NCBI RefSeq assembly: GCF_000981445.1
Contig: NC_027218.1
Coordinates: 2,480,001 to 2,544,000, forward strand
DNA length: 64,000 bases
Source of the DNA: Babesia bigemina
Lineage: Eukaryota
Direction of reading: 5' to 3'
The position numbers and the translations under genes are program-made. The notes under the pieces are model-generated. The model saw nothing but the letters and a program-made list of their open reading frames with translations, had not been told where the DNA came from and did no database searches. This document shows, in pieces, positions 23,041 to 34,939 of the stretch (the stretch's first letter is position 1; every line of letters starts with the position of its first letter).

Positions 23041-23341
23041 CATGATTCGCTAGTCGACAAAAGATGGTGATTATCGCGATACCTTTGAATACGTTCCATT
23101 GATATATATATATGCGGCTGCAGTGGTGATAACGTGTATTACGCCATATCTTATAGTGTCATGGTGCGATACAAAAGTAAGAAGCGGGGATGACATCCGC
23201 GTACGACCAATGATTGTCTAACGCAACGTAGGTAAGCAGATGTATAACAACCATGTTAGTGATTGGATGAAGTAATCAAATTGAGATCGGATGTGATATG
23301 GCTACAGTGGGGCTATGTGGACTGGGTGATGCCATGGATTA

Positions 23342-23554
23342 CTAGTGCAGTGAAGGCTTGTAACCACGGAACCCGTCCCGTATCTGGCCGAATATGGTAC
23401 CAAGGCTCACATCATATTGTCTACCCATGATGTATAGAACCAAGACAAGGAGGGCCGAGAAACCAATGAAGCCGGCAAAAGCGATAGCAATATGGATGCC
23501 TATGCACTTCACTTCGCCTTTGCAATTGCCACCGCCACCGCTACAGAAACACAT
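23342..23554 (-). CDS. Putative 70-aa Cys-containing single-TM microprotein
   Basis: MCFCSGGGGNCKGEVKC followed by hydrophobic IGIHIAIAFAGFIGFSALLVLVLYIM and a basic tail; acceptor-like ttgttgtgcag just upstream (~23584). Confidence 0.45.
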   Translation of the reverse strand: MCFCSGGGGNCKGEVKCIGIHIAIAFAGFIGFSALLVLVLYIMGRQYDVSLGTIFGQIRDGFRGYKPSLH

Positions 23555-25771
23555 TTTCCTCGGAGCCAAGTTGACAATGAACCCTGCACAACAATGAACA
23601 ACGTACTTATACCTCGAACACCCTGAGCCAACTGACGATACACAATGCCCATACCCCCACCCCTACAATGCCATCCACCTTTTGCTGGGGCAACCGTGAT
23701 TGCAGATATCCCAACGCCGCCATGACATGTATATCCAATACAACCGCATGTGGCAAGGCGCATGCTGATAATCAAGTGGCACGTCCATCCCAGCAGCCCA
23801 GCGACTCCCCTCCAGGCGTATAAGCTGAGACTTATCAATCGGCAACGTGCTGACAAAGCTTCATAACCGCAATTATCAGCACAGATGCGATGTTATATAC
23901 CACCCTCCACTGTATTTCGCAACACCTATGAATTCATGCCACCTTAACAAATACTCCTTGACAAATGCCAATTCCACCACTTCGTTAATCTGCTATGTCC
24001 ACGATACATCTCGGCCCCACGCCAATCCGTCCAGCTGCTTCCATCCTCTCCGGTACAGGGACGCCTTCGAAGTGGTGAGGGCTGAGACGCATCTCACTTC
24101 TCCCCCTCTTGCACCGGCGCCACCGGACAACGGCATGGTACCGGTCGTTGCATACGGTATCCCCTTCTATAGCCTCACTCTGCCTCGTGTCAGGGCACTT
24201 ATGGCTCCGGCTTGCGGGCTACTAGTACGCCTGTCCCCAAGTCCATAGCTTGTCCTCGCCCCTCCTCGTCGCGGCTCAATTTTGCATCCATGACTTAGTC
24301 CACCTGCTGTACGTATCTTTATCCGTATTGTGTCGTAGTGGTTTTCTCCCCCCCTGGGTAGTGAATTCATCGTTCCTTTGTCTGTAGTGACTAGGGAGGC
24401 CCCGTTGTCCGGCCTCCCGCTTTCTTTCCACACTTAGGGCCACATCCACCCCTTCGGGGGCGTTTAAGGAAGCTCATGATTTCAACACGTGTATCGAAAT
24501 TATATTTCCGTTGTTGCTCTGTGCTGTATTAGATATTGGCTCTAAACTTGCCGACGTATCCATCAACCCGAGGCCACCAAGGCATGTTCACCTGCTCCGT
24601 GCCGAAAAGCATATGACGCATAACAACACGCTATTGGCGTACGTCGGATATGCCCTATTTAGGTCTTAAGGCCTACAGAATACGGTGACAAAAAAAGGCG
24701 TTGAACGTGTCATCAAGGTACCATTCCAAACATGTCTTTGGTTGTGACAATAAGGGAGGTTATATAACAGCGACAAAGCACAGCGTGAACCTTCACCCTC
24801 TTCGATATGGTTAGGCAGGAATCCGTACTGTTTAAGCTTAGGGACAATTCTGAAGTTGAGTTTGCCAAAGAGAAAATTGATAGGTGCCTGGTACCCTCCA
24901 AAGTCCGGAACATAAAGGTTACCAAACATTTGGGTAATTCCATCAAACGTGGCGTAAATTCACCGATAACGGTATAATCTATCTAAAATGAAGATGATAT
25001 GGCCTGTAATGATTGTTACAGTCGAAAACTGCGGCAATGGTTTGGGACAGTCTCCACCCCACCCAGCTGACAGCCTCGTTCAGTTCACTCAGCGGCTTAG
25101 ATGACAAGCGTAGAAATGAGCTGGAATTGCATTTTAATCATATACTATACACACAGAGATATTTAAGCTGAATGCGCTAATTGATCACGGAATGACTTAC
25201 TAAGGCAGTGCGTAACAAGGTGGATTGTGAAGCTGGGTGGCTGGTCGGTCATCCAGGATGGCAGCTGACAACCTGCTGTGCTACGTGAAGGAGAGTCACA
25301 TAAGATGGTGATTGGTCCTTTAAACAGTCTGTGGGTTAGGTACTGATTGTCCACATGATGAATGATGCGGAGACATGTTTACGTGATGTCACATGGATGG
25401 TGTGGTTAAGTGGCATTGAAGATCAACCGTGTGGACGACTAACATGTTAACCGCGCACAGCAATTCATCTAGGCACTGATTATTACACAAATTTGACGAC
25501 ATTTAGCAGCTGATGTGGCAAAGTCAAACGGTTTGTGAAGCATGGAGTTGACTGCTACAGTGGCACCGGCTGATCTGCATGTCATGGCCAGGATACCGTC
25601 CACATGCGTCAATGTGGTTATGTGTTTGTTGTGACGGCTACATTGCTGTGACGCAAACGGCGGTGCGTTGGATGGGGGTCAACTGGGTGGTGGAGAAGCC
25701 AGTAGGAGACAACGTCAGTGTCGGAGACTGAGGTACGTCGTACATGGTTGTCCATGTTTATGACGACCGGA

Positions 25772-26140
25772 ATGTCGGAAGAGCAGTGTAATTGCTCTTT
25801 AAGGGGCGGAGACTGTATTGGCCCCTCTTATAATTGCTGTCCGTGGTGTTGTAAAGCGTGTACTGGAGAACACGAATGCAAAGTTTGCAAAAACTTCAGA
25901 GAAGAAAACGGCGATCATGATTTTCATGAGTGTCCAAAGTGCACAGAGAAAGATGTGTGGAGTTGTGACTGTGATTGTTGTAGATATACGTTTATCAACA
26001 TCGTCACCGCTATCGTCATAGCCATCTTTATCGCCCTCATCCTCCTGTTCCATTTATTTGTCTTTAACATTCTGCCTTACCCCCAGGCCTGCGAATACAT
26101 CGTCCGCAAGTTGCCGTTTTGCATCGCATTTTATAATTAA
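25772..26140 (+). CDS. Small Cys-rich single-TM protein (family copy 2, no S/P linker)
   Basis: NCCPWCC...CDCDCCR, a TM segment and the tail VRKLPFCIAFYN, homologous to 16765 and 63153. Confidence 0.7.
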   Translation: MSEEQCNCSLRGGDCIGPSYNCCPWCCKACTGEHECKVCKNFREENGDHDFHECPKCTEKDVWSCDCDCCRYTFINIVTAIVIAIFIALILLFHLFVFNILPYPQACEYIVRKLPFCIAFYN

Positions 26141-27077
26141 GCCCGACACATTGTATTATCGCAATTACCTTGTGATATCAGACATCAACTGCATAATGCT
26201 CGTCTAATAACGTATTATTAAATGTTTTATAATAATGCTCAAAGAGTTGTTTTACGAATCGTTCACTAATTATGTCGACAGCGTCAAATGCACATTGTAA
26301 CATTGAAAAGGGCTAACTAAGGCGACCTGTTGCCCGTATTCGTCTGATGCCTATACACTGTACGCCACCGCATGTGTTGGCAAAGTAGCAACTTCAACTA
26401 TTTACAGGCATAGTAATGATGATACCACTGCTAGCTCACTCAGCCCACCTAACTAACCGACCGAGAGATAATGTGGCTGACATATCATGTACTTGTTGTA
26501 GTGTCTGTGATGATTGGCAATGCGTAATTCCACGGTAAACCCGGCCGTAAAATATACTGACTGGTCATCTACGTCGGCAGCTGGGGAACACTATCATATG
26601 AAAGCTATCCGTTATTTTACAGGGTGAACGGCGTTTCAATGTCCGGGAAAATCCTTTACTCCCACAATATGTCGACAATGTGCAATCTATGTGTTTGTCC
26701 TTGAATATTGTTCGTTATATAAATGGAAATGCCCACCCACTGTGCATTATCAGTGGTGGAGCACTCTGCCCAGATAATCCACGCATAGCAGCAACATTAA
26801 GTTTGAAAATAGTACATTATGGCATATTGGGTTCTTATATACGCACGTGATTACATGCCGTGAAACTCGGCGTTGTTTATTGAGCAGTGAAGGCTGCCCC
26901 AACCTGGCTGCGTAGGAGGCCTCTTGCTCATTACTTAATATTTCTAATGCTATCTTGGAACTGCCTTGTAATTGTAAGCACACGCGATGTAGTATGTGTT
27001 TGCTGGTAGGCACCTGGTCGGCCAAGGTAAGCGTCTTAGCGGTGGTAGAGCGCACCACTAAGGTTTACTTATATACG

Positions 27078-27893
27078 TTATATAAACATATCGAAGTCAA
27101 GGTCATCCTCTATCAAACCTATACGAATATCTTCAGTACCGTTATTAGGATCATAAGGGACGAAATTTGCGTGTCCAGCAGACTGCTCGATGAAAGTGTC
27201 GTTGGTGATGACCTCGTCGAAATGGACGGTGGCAACGTCTGCGATGCGCCTACCGTCCCTACGCCCCCATAGCGTGACTGATCTGCCGATGCATGGCGTA
27301 TCAGGCACCACCTGTTGCGCGATAGTGACCTTTCCGATTCTGTAGGTGTTGCGGTATGTTGGGTGAATGTCGATGTCCGTAGATCGCGTGCTTGGGTTGT
27401 AGAGTGGGTAGACATGATTCGGAAACTCCACGGCGTTCATGTCGAGGTCAATTGGTATTCTCTTGAGCTCCACATACGTCGTCGAACCGGGTTCCGTCTC
27501 GACGTACTCCTCTAGCTCTATCGTGTTGTCGGTGTGCAGGGTCCGTACCTTCACAACTTTCCGACCGGTTTCGTTGGTGTCTTCGTACACATTCCTGACG
27601 GTGTAACGGCAATCGCCTTTTACAACCCTATTCCCGAAGGTGACGTCCCCGAGAACATGGGTGAACTGGTTTACGACTCGGTACCAGTGGCCATCCTTCT
27701 GCAAGTCCTTGGTGACATCCAAGGGACAAGTGTCGCCATTGAGATCAAGGGGTAGACACACCCGATAATTATCTGTGTCATTAGCGCCGATTATATGGGT
27801 CATAGAGTTCACAGCGACGGCTAGTCCGATTATGAGCCACACCCATCCCAGGGGCGTACTGACGCCACGGCGGATTCCACTTTTCGCCGTCAT
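27078..27893 (-). CDS. Secreted/membrane piroplasm protein with two ~100-aa beta-rich repeats (DUF529/FAINT- or spherical-body-protein-like)
   Basis: Hydrophobic N-terminal segment; repeated pattern PLDLN...GDVTFG...R.V...FVE..PG...YV and IDLDMN...GKVTIA...RSV...FIE..AG...FV. Confidence 0.55.
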   Translation of the reverse strand: MTAKSGIRRGVSTPLGWVWLIIGLAVAVNSMTHIIGANDTDNYRVCLPLDLNGDTCPLDVTKDLQKDGHWYRVVNQFTHVLGDVTFGNRVVKGDCRYTVRNVYEDTNETGRKVVKVRTLHTDNTIELEEYVETEPGSTTYVELKRIPIDLDMNAVEFPNHVYPLYNPSTRSTDIDIHPTYRNTYRIGKVTIAQQVVPDTPCIGRSVTLWGRRDGRRIADVATVHFDEVITNDTFIEQSAGHANFVPYDPNNGTEDIRIGLIEDDLDFDMFI

Positions 27894-28052
27894 CGACTAC
27901 ACGGCCGCTTCTTGCGCAGCGGAACTAGATGATCGTTACAATTCGGAATATGTGCCGCGGTTGCCGGCGTATCGACACGTCCTACAACTCAATACACATC
28001 TGGGCGTCGCGACGCGCGGCTCGAGCGCCTCGTACGTCTCGCAGTCGTGGAA

Positions 28053-28814
28053 TCACCAGTGCCCTCGCCGCGGCGCTTCAATAGCCAGCCTTATCTTAGG
28101 ACCCCGCTGAGGCGGTTTGATGCGCGCCTCATGTGAGCTGGCGCGGTCGTTCGTGGCCCGCTTCGCTATGATCTCGACATCCTTTTCACCCGGAGCCCGG
28201 GGCAGCACGATGTTGCGGTACGACGTGTTTTGCGTCCCTGCAAGCGGCCTGCCGCAGAACATGTATGCGCGATTCCGCTTCGATGCTGCAGAGACGCTTC
28301 TCCTTGGTGCCGGTGTGCGTGTCGGCATGTTGTTGGACCCGATAGATGGCCGACTGGGAGGAGGCGAGGGCACTTCAATCTTAACAGTTTGATCGCCACG
28401 TTCGATTGTCACGGCTTTCTTCGTGAATTTAGGCTTGTCTACCGACCGTCGTTCCTGGAGACTGGGCGTGCCGGCCCCTAAGCCTGCAGCGGCCGGTTTT
28501 TCCGTCGTGAAAGCCGCTTCCCCCTCGAACTGCAGCACTTTGGGGCGATCATCGTATGTGGCGTGGTGACAGGCGTTACACGAGCCCCGCGCAGCCACTA
28601 CTGGTATATCAAATGCGGACTGATCGCATGTGCAGCAGTCAATTACGTCCACTCCGTAATCACAGCAGTGCCCGTAATCGGAAGATGCACAGTCGCTGCA
28701 CTCACGCAGGTTGACATATTGTGGGCTTAGTGGGATGTAGTTTACATTTTCCGAGGCGGAGTCCGACTCCCAGCCTCCCGAAGGGTCGCTATCCTGAATG
28801 TAGAGGTCCCACAT
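28053..28814 (-). CDS. Hypothetical protein, Cys-rich N-terminal part and basic disordered C-terminus
   Basis: 253-codon ORF from ATG 28814; no family recognised. Confidence 0.55.
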   Translation of the reverse strand: MWDLYIQDSDPSGGWESDSASENVNYIPLSPQYVNLRECSDCASSDYGHCCDYGVDVIDCCTCDQSAFDIPVVAARGSCNACHHATYDDRPKVLQFEGEAAFTTEKPAAAGLGAGTPSLQERRSVDKPKFTKKAVTIERGDQTVKIEVPSPPPSRPSIGSNNMPTRTPAPRRSVSAASKRNRAYMFCGRPLAGTQNTSYRNIVLPRAPGEKDVEIIAKRATNDRASSHEARIKPPQRGPKIRLAIEAPRRGHW

Positions 28815-29274
28815 GATCACTCGACTTCGTTATTCGCGTCGAGGTGACCGAGCTAGCTGTATGCTAATGCATCGATGCGTAGCATTGTAGGTTCTGAGGG
28901 CTTAATATTAGCGTCGTTGGTACAAGCGCGGAAGCGCAGCCGGAAGCCGCAAGAGGCATCGGCATCATTAAAAATACACAGGACACCTTTTTATACACAA
29001 ATAAATACACTGTGGGCTCACCGTGTGCATATAGAAGAGTAAGCTGGCAGGTAGCAGGTTGAGAGGTGTCGTGCGGCGCTGCTACGGAAGATTCACGTCG
29101 GATTTTTACTGTCAGTGGGTAATTGGTACGTATAGATCCATAAAGTGACACACTCGATTCCGTACCCGCATGTGTGAGCTCGCAGCTGCGACACACTTCC
29201 CCTGAGCCCGGTAGAGGCCACGTCGCTCCGGCGCGGCTGCAGGCCGTTCGGCAGTGCATGGTTAGGTCACACAC

Positions 29275-30828
29275 ATGCTGGTCATACTATTACTGCTGGC
29301 GTCGGCGCTGGTGCTAGGGGTCACATTGCTGAGCGATGTGCGCCTTTGCCGCAACCGCTGCCAAGTGCTGCCACTGCTGAGCGAGGTGGTAGAGGTAGGC
29401 GGTCATGCGATGTCTAAGAGCCGTTGTTAGGCACCATGTGTCCCGTCCGACAAGTTTGAGCACCGCCTGGTCTACATCGTAGGTTCAACTGGCACCCGAG
29501 TCCATGCGCTGCAGGACTGCGAGATCGACACCAGGCACACGTTCTACGCCCCGAAGGAGTTCTCGAGCAACATATACTCGTACACCGGCGCCTTCTTCGA
29601 CACCCGCGTGGAGATGTACCAATGGGTAGACAAAGTAGGCTACTACGGCGTGCACAAGGTCGGCGCATTCGTGGACCACGCGGTGACACAGAAAAATTTT
29701 GTGGAGACCCTGTTCTCAACGGAGCGCAACCCGGGGTACATCCCGCATGTGCCTGGCTTCGGGCGCAAGTTTGCGCCGAAGCTCAAGCTGGGCGGCTACA
29801 GCGTCCCGCCGGGCGCGTTTGCGGCGGTGCGGGGAGTCAGGCAGCTGCCGCTTATTGACGACCGTTGGTATCAGCCATCGGAGATCACGTACCCGCTCCC
29901 GGTGCCCAATGTGGACTACCTCAACACCCAGGTGCACAACAATGCGCTGTACACCGGCGACCCCCAGAACCCGAAGGTTGGTGCCTGCGCGTCGCGCTGA
30001 ACTGTTGCAGATTGGTGATCTGAGGGTCACCTTTTGGGGCAATGATACGATGCGCTTCAGCGCTATCGGGCGCCAGAGAACTGCGTTGATACCTAAGGAG
30101 ACGTTTTTGGAGCCGTTTCCGCTACTGGTGCGTTTGCCTCCAAGCCGTATCTGTGAACGCGTAGCCGTTTTTTGCATCGATTGCCACGCAATGCTAAGTT
30201 ATACGTATGAGTGGAATGTTGGAGCACTAATACTTGGCCACCGTTTCGTACCACCACCAACATGCGTTCAGGATGACAGCGTGGTGCTTGTCGGGGAAGG
30301 CGGCGGTTCGCCTCTCGACCTGGCCACCGCCTACTACAGCCAGTTCGAAAGCACGCAGGCAACGTATTGGTCGTTGCGCCTGGCTTCGTTGGTGCTAATT
30401 ACGGCGACTCTCTATCTGTACTACTACGGCCTACGGGCACCCAAGGTAGGCGAGATTTGGCACTATCCGCAATGCGCGAAGAGCCGGGTAACGCTGCTGC
30501 TCTGCAGTTTTTGCGCAAGCTCGGCCACGCTGTGCATGCTGGAGGCTGTGATCTGGATGCGCTACCGATTTTACCTTTTTTTCCTCCTGTTTCTGCTCGG
30601 CTGCGGGTTCTGCGGTGCCGTGATGTCCATATGGTAAGTAAAGTTGCGTTTGTTTGCTGAGCTTTTCGCAGGAAGATGGACCCGTGCTCCGGCTGGGACC
30701 CGACCCACGACAGCGGATACCTGGGTGTCCTGGGCCGCTACGACTCCCGGCGGTGGTCGACGGCGTCACCCACCGCGAGCGTTGCTCTGAGCAGCGACCG
30801 CCCCCTGCTCCCGTCACTCAACATGTGA
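29275..30828 (+). CDS. TMEM43/DUF1625-like membrane protein (multi-exon)
   Basis: N-terminal TM, RVEMYQW, NP...KLGGY, LYTGDPQNPKIGDLRVTF and several C-terminal TMs. Terminal exon spliced from gtaagt (~30634) to stop 30828. 5' end uncertain. Confidence 0.75.
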
Positions 30829-30951
30829 TGAAATGCGCTAAATGTGTGGATTGTGATCCGTCTAGGTGGCACCACTGATTCTCACTGCATAACGCACGCA
30901 CGCACGCGCCCGTAGCAGCTCGCATTGGCCGTTCCTGCGTAAAATGTAGCG

Positions 30952-32250
30952 ATGGAATATATCTACTTTTTCGTAAACCCGAGCAGCGGGGGGAGGAAAG
31001 CGTCGAACTTCTTCGAGGTGAGTGGCGCTCGCGCCAGCCTGCCGCCGTACTGACACCTGCGCAGCCTGAAGTGGACGAACTGCGTTTCTCGAAGCCCGTG
31101 CCCGCAATAGTACGCATATACTCGATAACGGATGGCGTCAGCGGGAACAAGCCGGGGTTGCGCCACCTCCGTGACTTCATGGCCTCCAAGTCCCCCGAAG
31201 ACAGTGAGTGCCGTTTTGTCATCCGGTCATTGCGCTGCAGATGTCAAGGTGGTCATCTGCGGAGGTGACGGGAGCGTGGTGTGGCTCATAGGCGAGATGG
31301 ATGCTCATTCAATCGACTACAGCACGATCACCTTCGCCATCGTGCCCTACGGAACGGGCAATGACCTCGCTCGTGCTGTCAACTGGAACGACTTCAACGG
31401 CCTCATGCCGTTCGACATGAACATGACACCGTGAGTTGCGATTCCGAACTGATCATGGCTGCGCAGGCTGAGGCGCGTCCTCGAGCGGATGTACAAGGCG
31501 GAGGAGATCCAGCACGACCTGTGGCAGATTTTAATCACGGTTGAGCCAGAAGGGTCGTTCAACAAGATCAGCTCCTCGACGCATCAGAAGCAGACCATCC
31601 TCGACGCGGAAGGTCATGAGGTGTTGCACATGGAGTTCGTCATGGGCAACTACTTCAGCTTGGGCGTGGACGCGAGGATCGGGCGCGGGTTCGACCGCCT
31701 GCGCTCCAACTCGGGCCCGATGAACAAGTTAATTTACCTGATGCAAGGCATGAAGAACACGTTCCGGCCTGTTGTACGCGTCGACAAGCAGATTGACAAA
31801 ATGCTCTGCGGCGAGGGGTACACCAAGACCGTGTTCACAACCGACACCCACAACCTCGAGTTCCCCATCCTCCCGCGCACCGCCTCGCTCGTGGCGCTCA
31901 ACATCCCCAGCTACTCGGCTGGCGTGGCTGCGTTCACGAAGGCGCGCCGCATCGGACTCGAGAACTTGCGCGAGGACGAGATACGCGAGCTGAAAAAGAC
32001 CTCGCAGAAGATGGGTGACAGCCGCATGGAGTTCGTGACCTACAGGCGAATCACGCACATTGCCGCCGACTTTTGTGGCCTCGGGGTGGCTCGCCGCTTG
32101 CACTTCGGCGCGGGCCCGTGGAAGATTCTGTTCAAGGAGCTTCCCCCGAGGGAGAAGGTGTACTTCCAGGTGGACGGCGAGTTTTTCGTAATGCTGCAGC
32201 CCAAGGACGTGGAGATCAAGCACTTCAAGACCATCAAGCTCCTGAAGTGA
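30952..32250 (+). CDS. Diacylglycerol kinase (4 exons)
   Basis: FVNPSSGGR, ICGGDGSV, PYGTGNDLAR, NYFSLGVDA and QVDGE motifs of the DAGK catalytic and accessory domains. Confidence 0.92.
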
Positions 32251-32704
32251 GCTCGATGCTGCGTCGGGAGGCGGGAATTGGCACTTGCACATCCATCTAA
32301 TTTGCCGTTACGGCACGATCGTGGGTTGCGGCGCGTTTTGCCGAAAGGAAGGCAGCGTGTTAGTGTCACCTTGTTGAATAAATGTATAGTAATATATGTA
32401 AGAGGCGGTGCCCCGCGCAGTGTCGTTGTAGGCTTTGTTGCCGGGGCGCTTTCGCCAACGATCCCTGCTTTTGTTGAGGCGGTGTCTACCGGTCGCAGTC
32501 GACCATATGCACGTGCCTGAATAAGATTGAAAAATTTTCGTGTGAATACCCTAGCCGCGATTGAATTTTGAGTGCGCCGCGCGATCCGCCCTCCGTGTGA
32601 TGCCACGGCACTTCCGCATCCGGCGTTGCAGAGCGGAATCCACCCCGTTTTATCCGGCACCTTTTCTTCCTTTTTAGGTCCGAACTGCGTGCTTTGTCTT
32701 CAAG

Positions 32705-34927
32705 ATGGCGCCGTTCGACCCTTCGAAGCTCCAGGTAGGCTACGTCGGTGTCTGGATTCCAGGCTCCAGCCGCTCGGAAACACGACTTCATCGCCGCGCA
32801 GGTCAAAAACAAGATGCCTGCGGCGGTGCAAATCACCGCGGAGCAGATCTTGCGTGACGCCGTGGAGTGGCAGAGCCGCGAAAACCGCGTGCCGAACAGG
32901 ACGTTCGTCGACCAAGATGAGCTCGTCTACTACAAGTGGGTGGCGCCACGCTGGCTTTGACATGTGCGCAGGGCGCAACGGAGGAAGGAGTTCGAGGACA
33001 CGCTGCGTCGGCAGCGTCACCACATCGGCACCTGGATCAAGTACGCGCTATGGGAGGCCAACCAGCAGGACTTCCGCCGCGCACGCTCCGTGTTCGAGCG
33101 CGCTCTCCAGGTGGACGCGAACAACGCGAACCTGTGGCTTCGCTACATCGAGACCGAAATGAAGAACAAGAACGTGAACGCAGCGCGCAACCTCTTCGAC
33201 CGGGTGGTCTGCCTCCTCCCGAGGGTGGACCAGTTCTGGTTCAAGTACGCGCATTTCGAGGAGCTCCTAGGCAACTATGCCGGCGCACGTACCGTGTTCG
33301 AGAGGTGGGTTAGGCAATCCTAGCGACGCACTGGGCGCAGGTGGATGGAGTGGAACCCGGATGAGCGTGGCTGGATGCTCTACATCAAGTTCGAGGAGCG
33401 CTGCGGTGAAATCGACCGCTGCCGCCAGATATTCGAGCGCTTCCTGGAGCATCGCCCCACGTGCTCGGCCTTTTTGAAGTTCGTCAAGTTCGAGCAGCGG
33501 CAGAAGAACTACCCCCGCGCCCGTGCGGCGTTTGTGAAATGCGTAGGTGGCCTGTGCTCATCGGCAATCATGCATGCAGCTGGAGATAGTGCCACCCGAG
33601 CTGCTCACTGAGGAGTTCTTCATCAAGTTCGCGGCGTTTGAGACGTCGCAGGCCAACATCGCAGGCGCGGAAAAGGTCTACGAGCAGGGTCTCATGACGC
33701 TACCGCGCGAGAACGCGGAGCTGCTCTATCGCACGTACGTGTCGTTCCAGAAGCAGCACAAGGACAAGGAGACGATCGACAACCTCATCGTGACCAAGAA
33801 GCGTAACGAGTACGAGCAGCACCTGCTGGACGAGCCGTACAACTACGACGTCTGGTTCGACTACATCCGCATGGAGGAGCAGACGCTGTCCGACGACGGT
33901 CACCCCGAGGGCATCGACCAGGCGTACGCCGAGGCGCAGCGAACGCGCATCTGCGAGCTGTACGAGCGCGCCATCTCCAACCTGCCGCAGGTCGACAACC
34001 GGCGGCTGTGGCGGAGGTACTCCTACCTGTGGATCGGGTATGCCATATTCTCCGAGCTCACGCTGGGGCAACCCGACCGCGCTATCGCAGTTTATCGCAA
34101 GGCACTGCAAGTGCTACCCAAGGAATTCGCAAAGTTCTATATCCTGCTCGCCGAGCTCCATGTAAGTTGCAACTTCGCACATGCCCATACCGCCGCAGCT
34201 CCGCCAGGAGGACCTCGACAGCATGAGGAAGACGTTCGGCATGGGCCTCGGTCGCTGCAGCAAGCCCAAGCTGTTCGAGGCGTACGCGCAGATCGAGCTG
34301 AAACTGGGCAACCTGGACCGCTGCAGGCACATCCACGCCAAGTACATCGAGATGTGGCCGTTCAAGCCCGACAGCTGGCTCGCGTTTGTGAACCTGGAGC
34401 TCATGCTGGACGAGCGCGAGCGTGTGCGCGCCCTCTGCGAAAGCGCGATCGCCATGGACCAGATGGACATGCCCGAGGTGGTCTGGGACCGCTACATCGA
34501 GATCGAGAAGGAGTGGCAGCAGCACCCGTACGTCCGCAACATCTACGAGCGTCTGATTCTGAAAACCACGCACATCAAGGTCTTCAAGGGGTATGCCGGT
34601 TTCGAGTTTGAATCGGGTTACCTGGACAAGGGAAGGGCGGTGATCGAGCGCGGCCTGGAGTTCTACAAGGCGTCGGGGCACCAGGTCGAGCGCGCTGGTC
34701 TGCTGGCGCACCTGCTGCAGATGGAGCGCCATTACGGCGACTCGGAGAGCGTGGCCAAGGCGAAGTCGCGGCAGCCCAAGAAGGTCCGCCGCAAGAGGAA
34801 GCTGGAAGACGGCTCCACGGTGGAGGACGTGGTGTACGTCTTCCCCGACGACGGCCTGCAGCAGAGCAAGATCCTGCAGGCGGCGATGCGCTGGAAGCAG
34901 CAGCAGCAACAGATGAAATCGAACTAG
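32705..34927 (+). CDS. CRNKL1: Crooked neck / Clf1 pre-mRNA splicing factor (HAT repeats, multi-exon)
   Basis: [25 protein letters not shown]...[21 protein letters not shown] and C-terminal YVFPDD...[10 protein letters not shown]. Confidence 0.95.
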
Positions 34928-34939
34928 TATTTTAAGGTG

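Noticed and set aside
24390..24500. HDV-like or hammerhead ribozyme
   Set aside because: Could not build the P1/P2/P3 pseudoknot or find a CUGANGA/GAAA core; only simple hairpins are supported.
24666..24946. Two short overlapping minus-strand ORFs
   Set aside because: No motif or splice support; possibly a decayed gene but unassignable.
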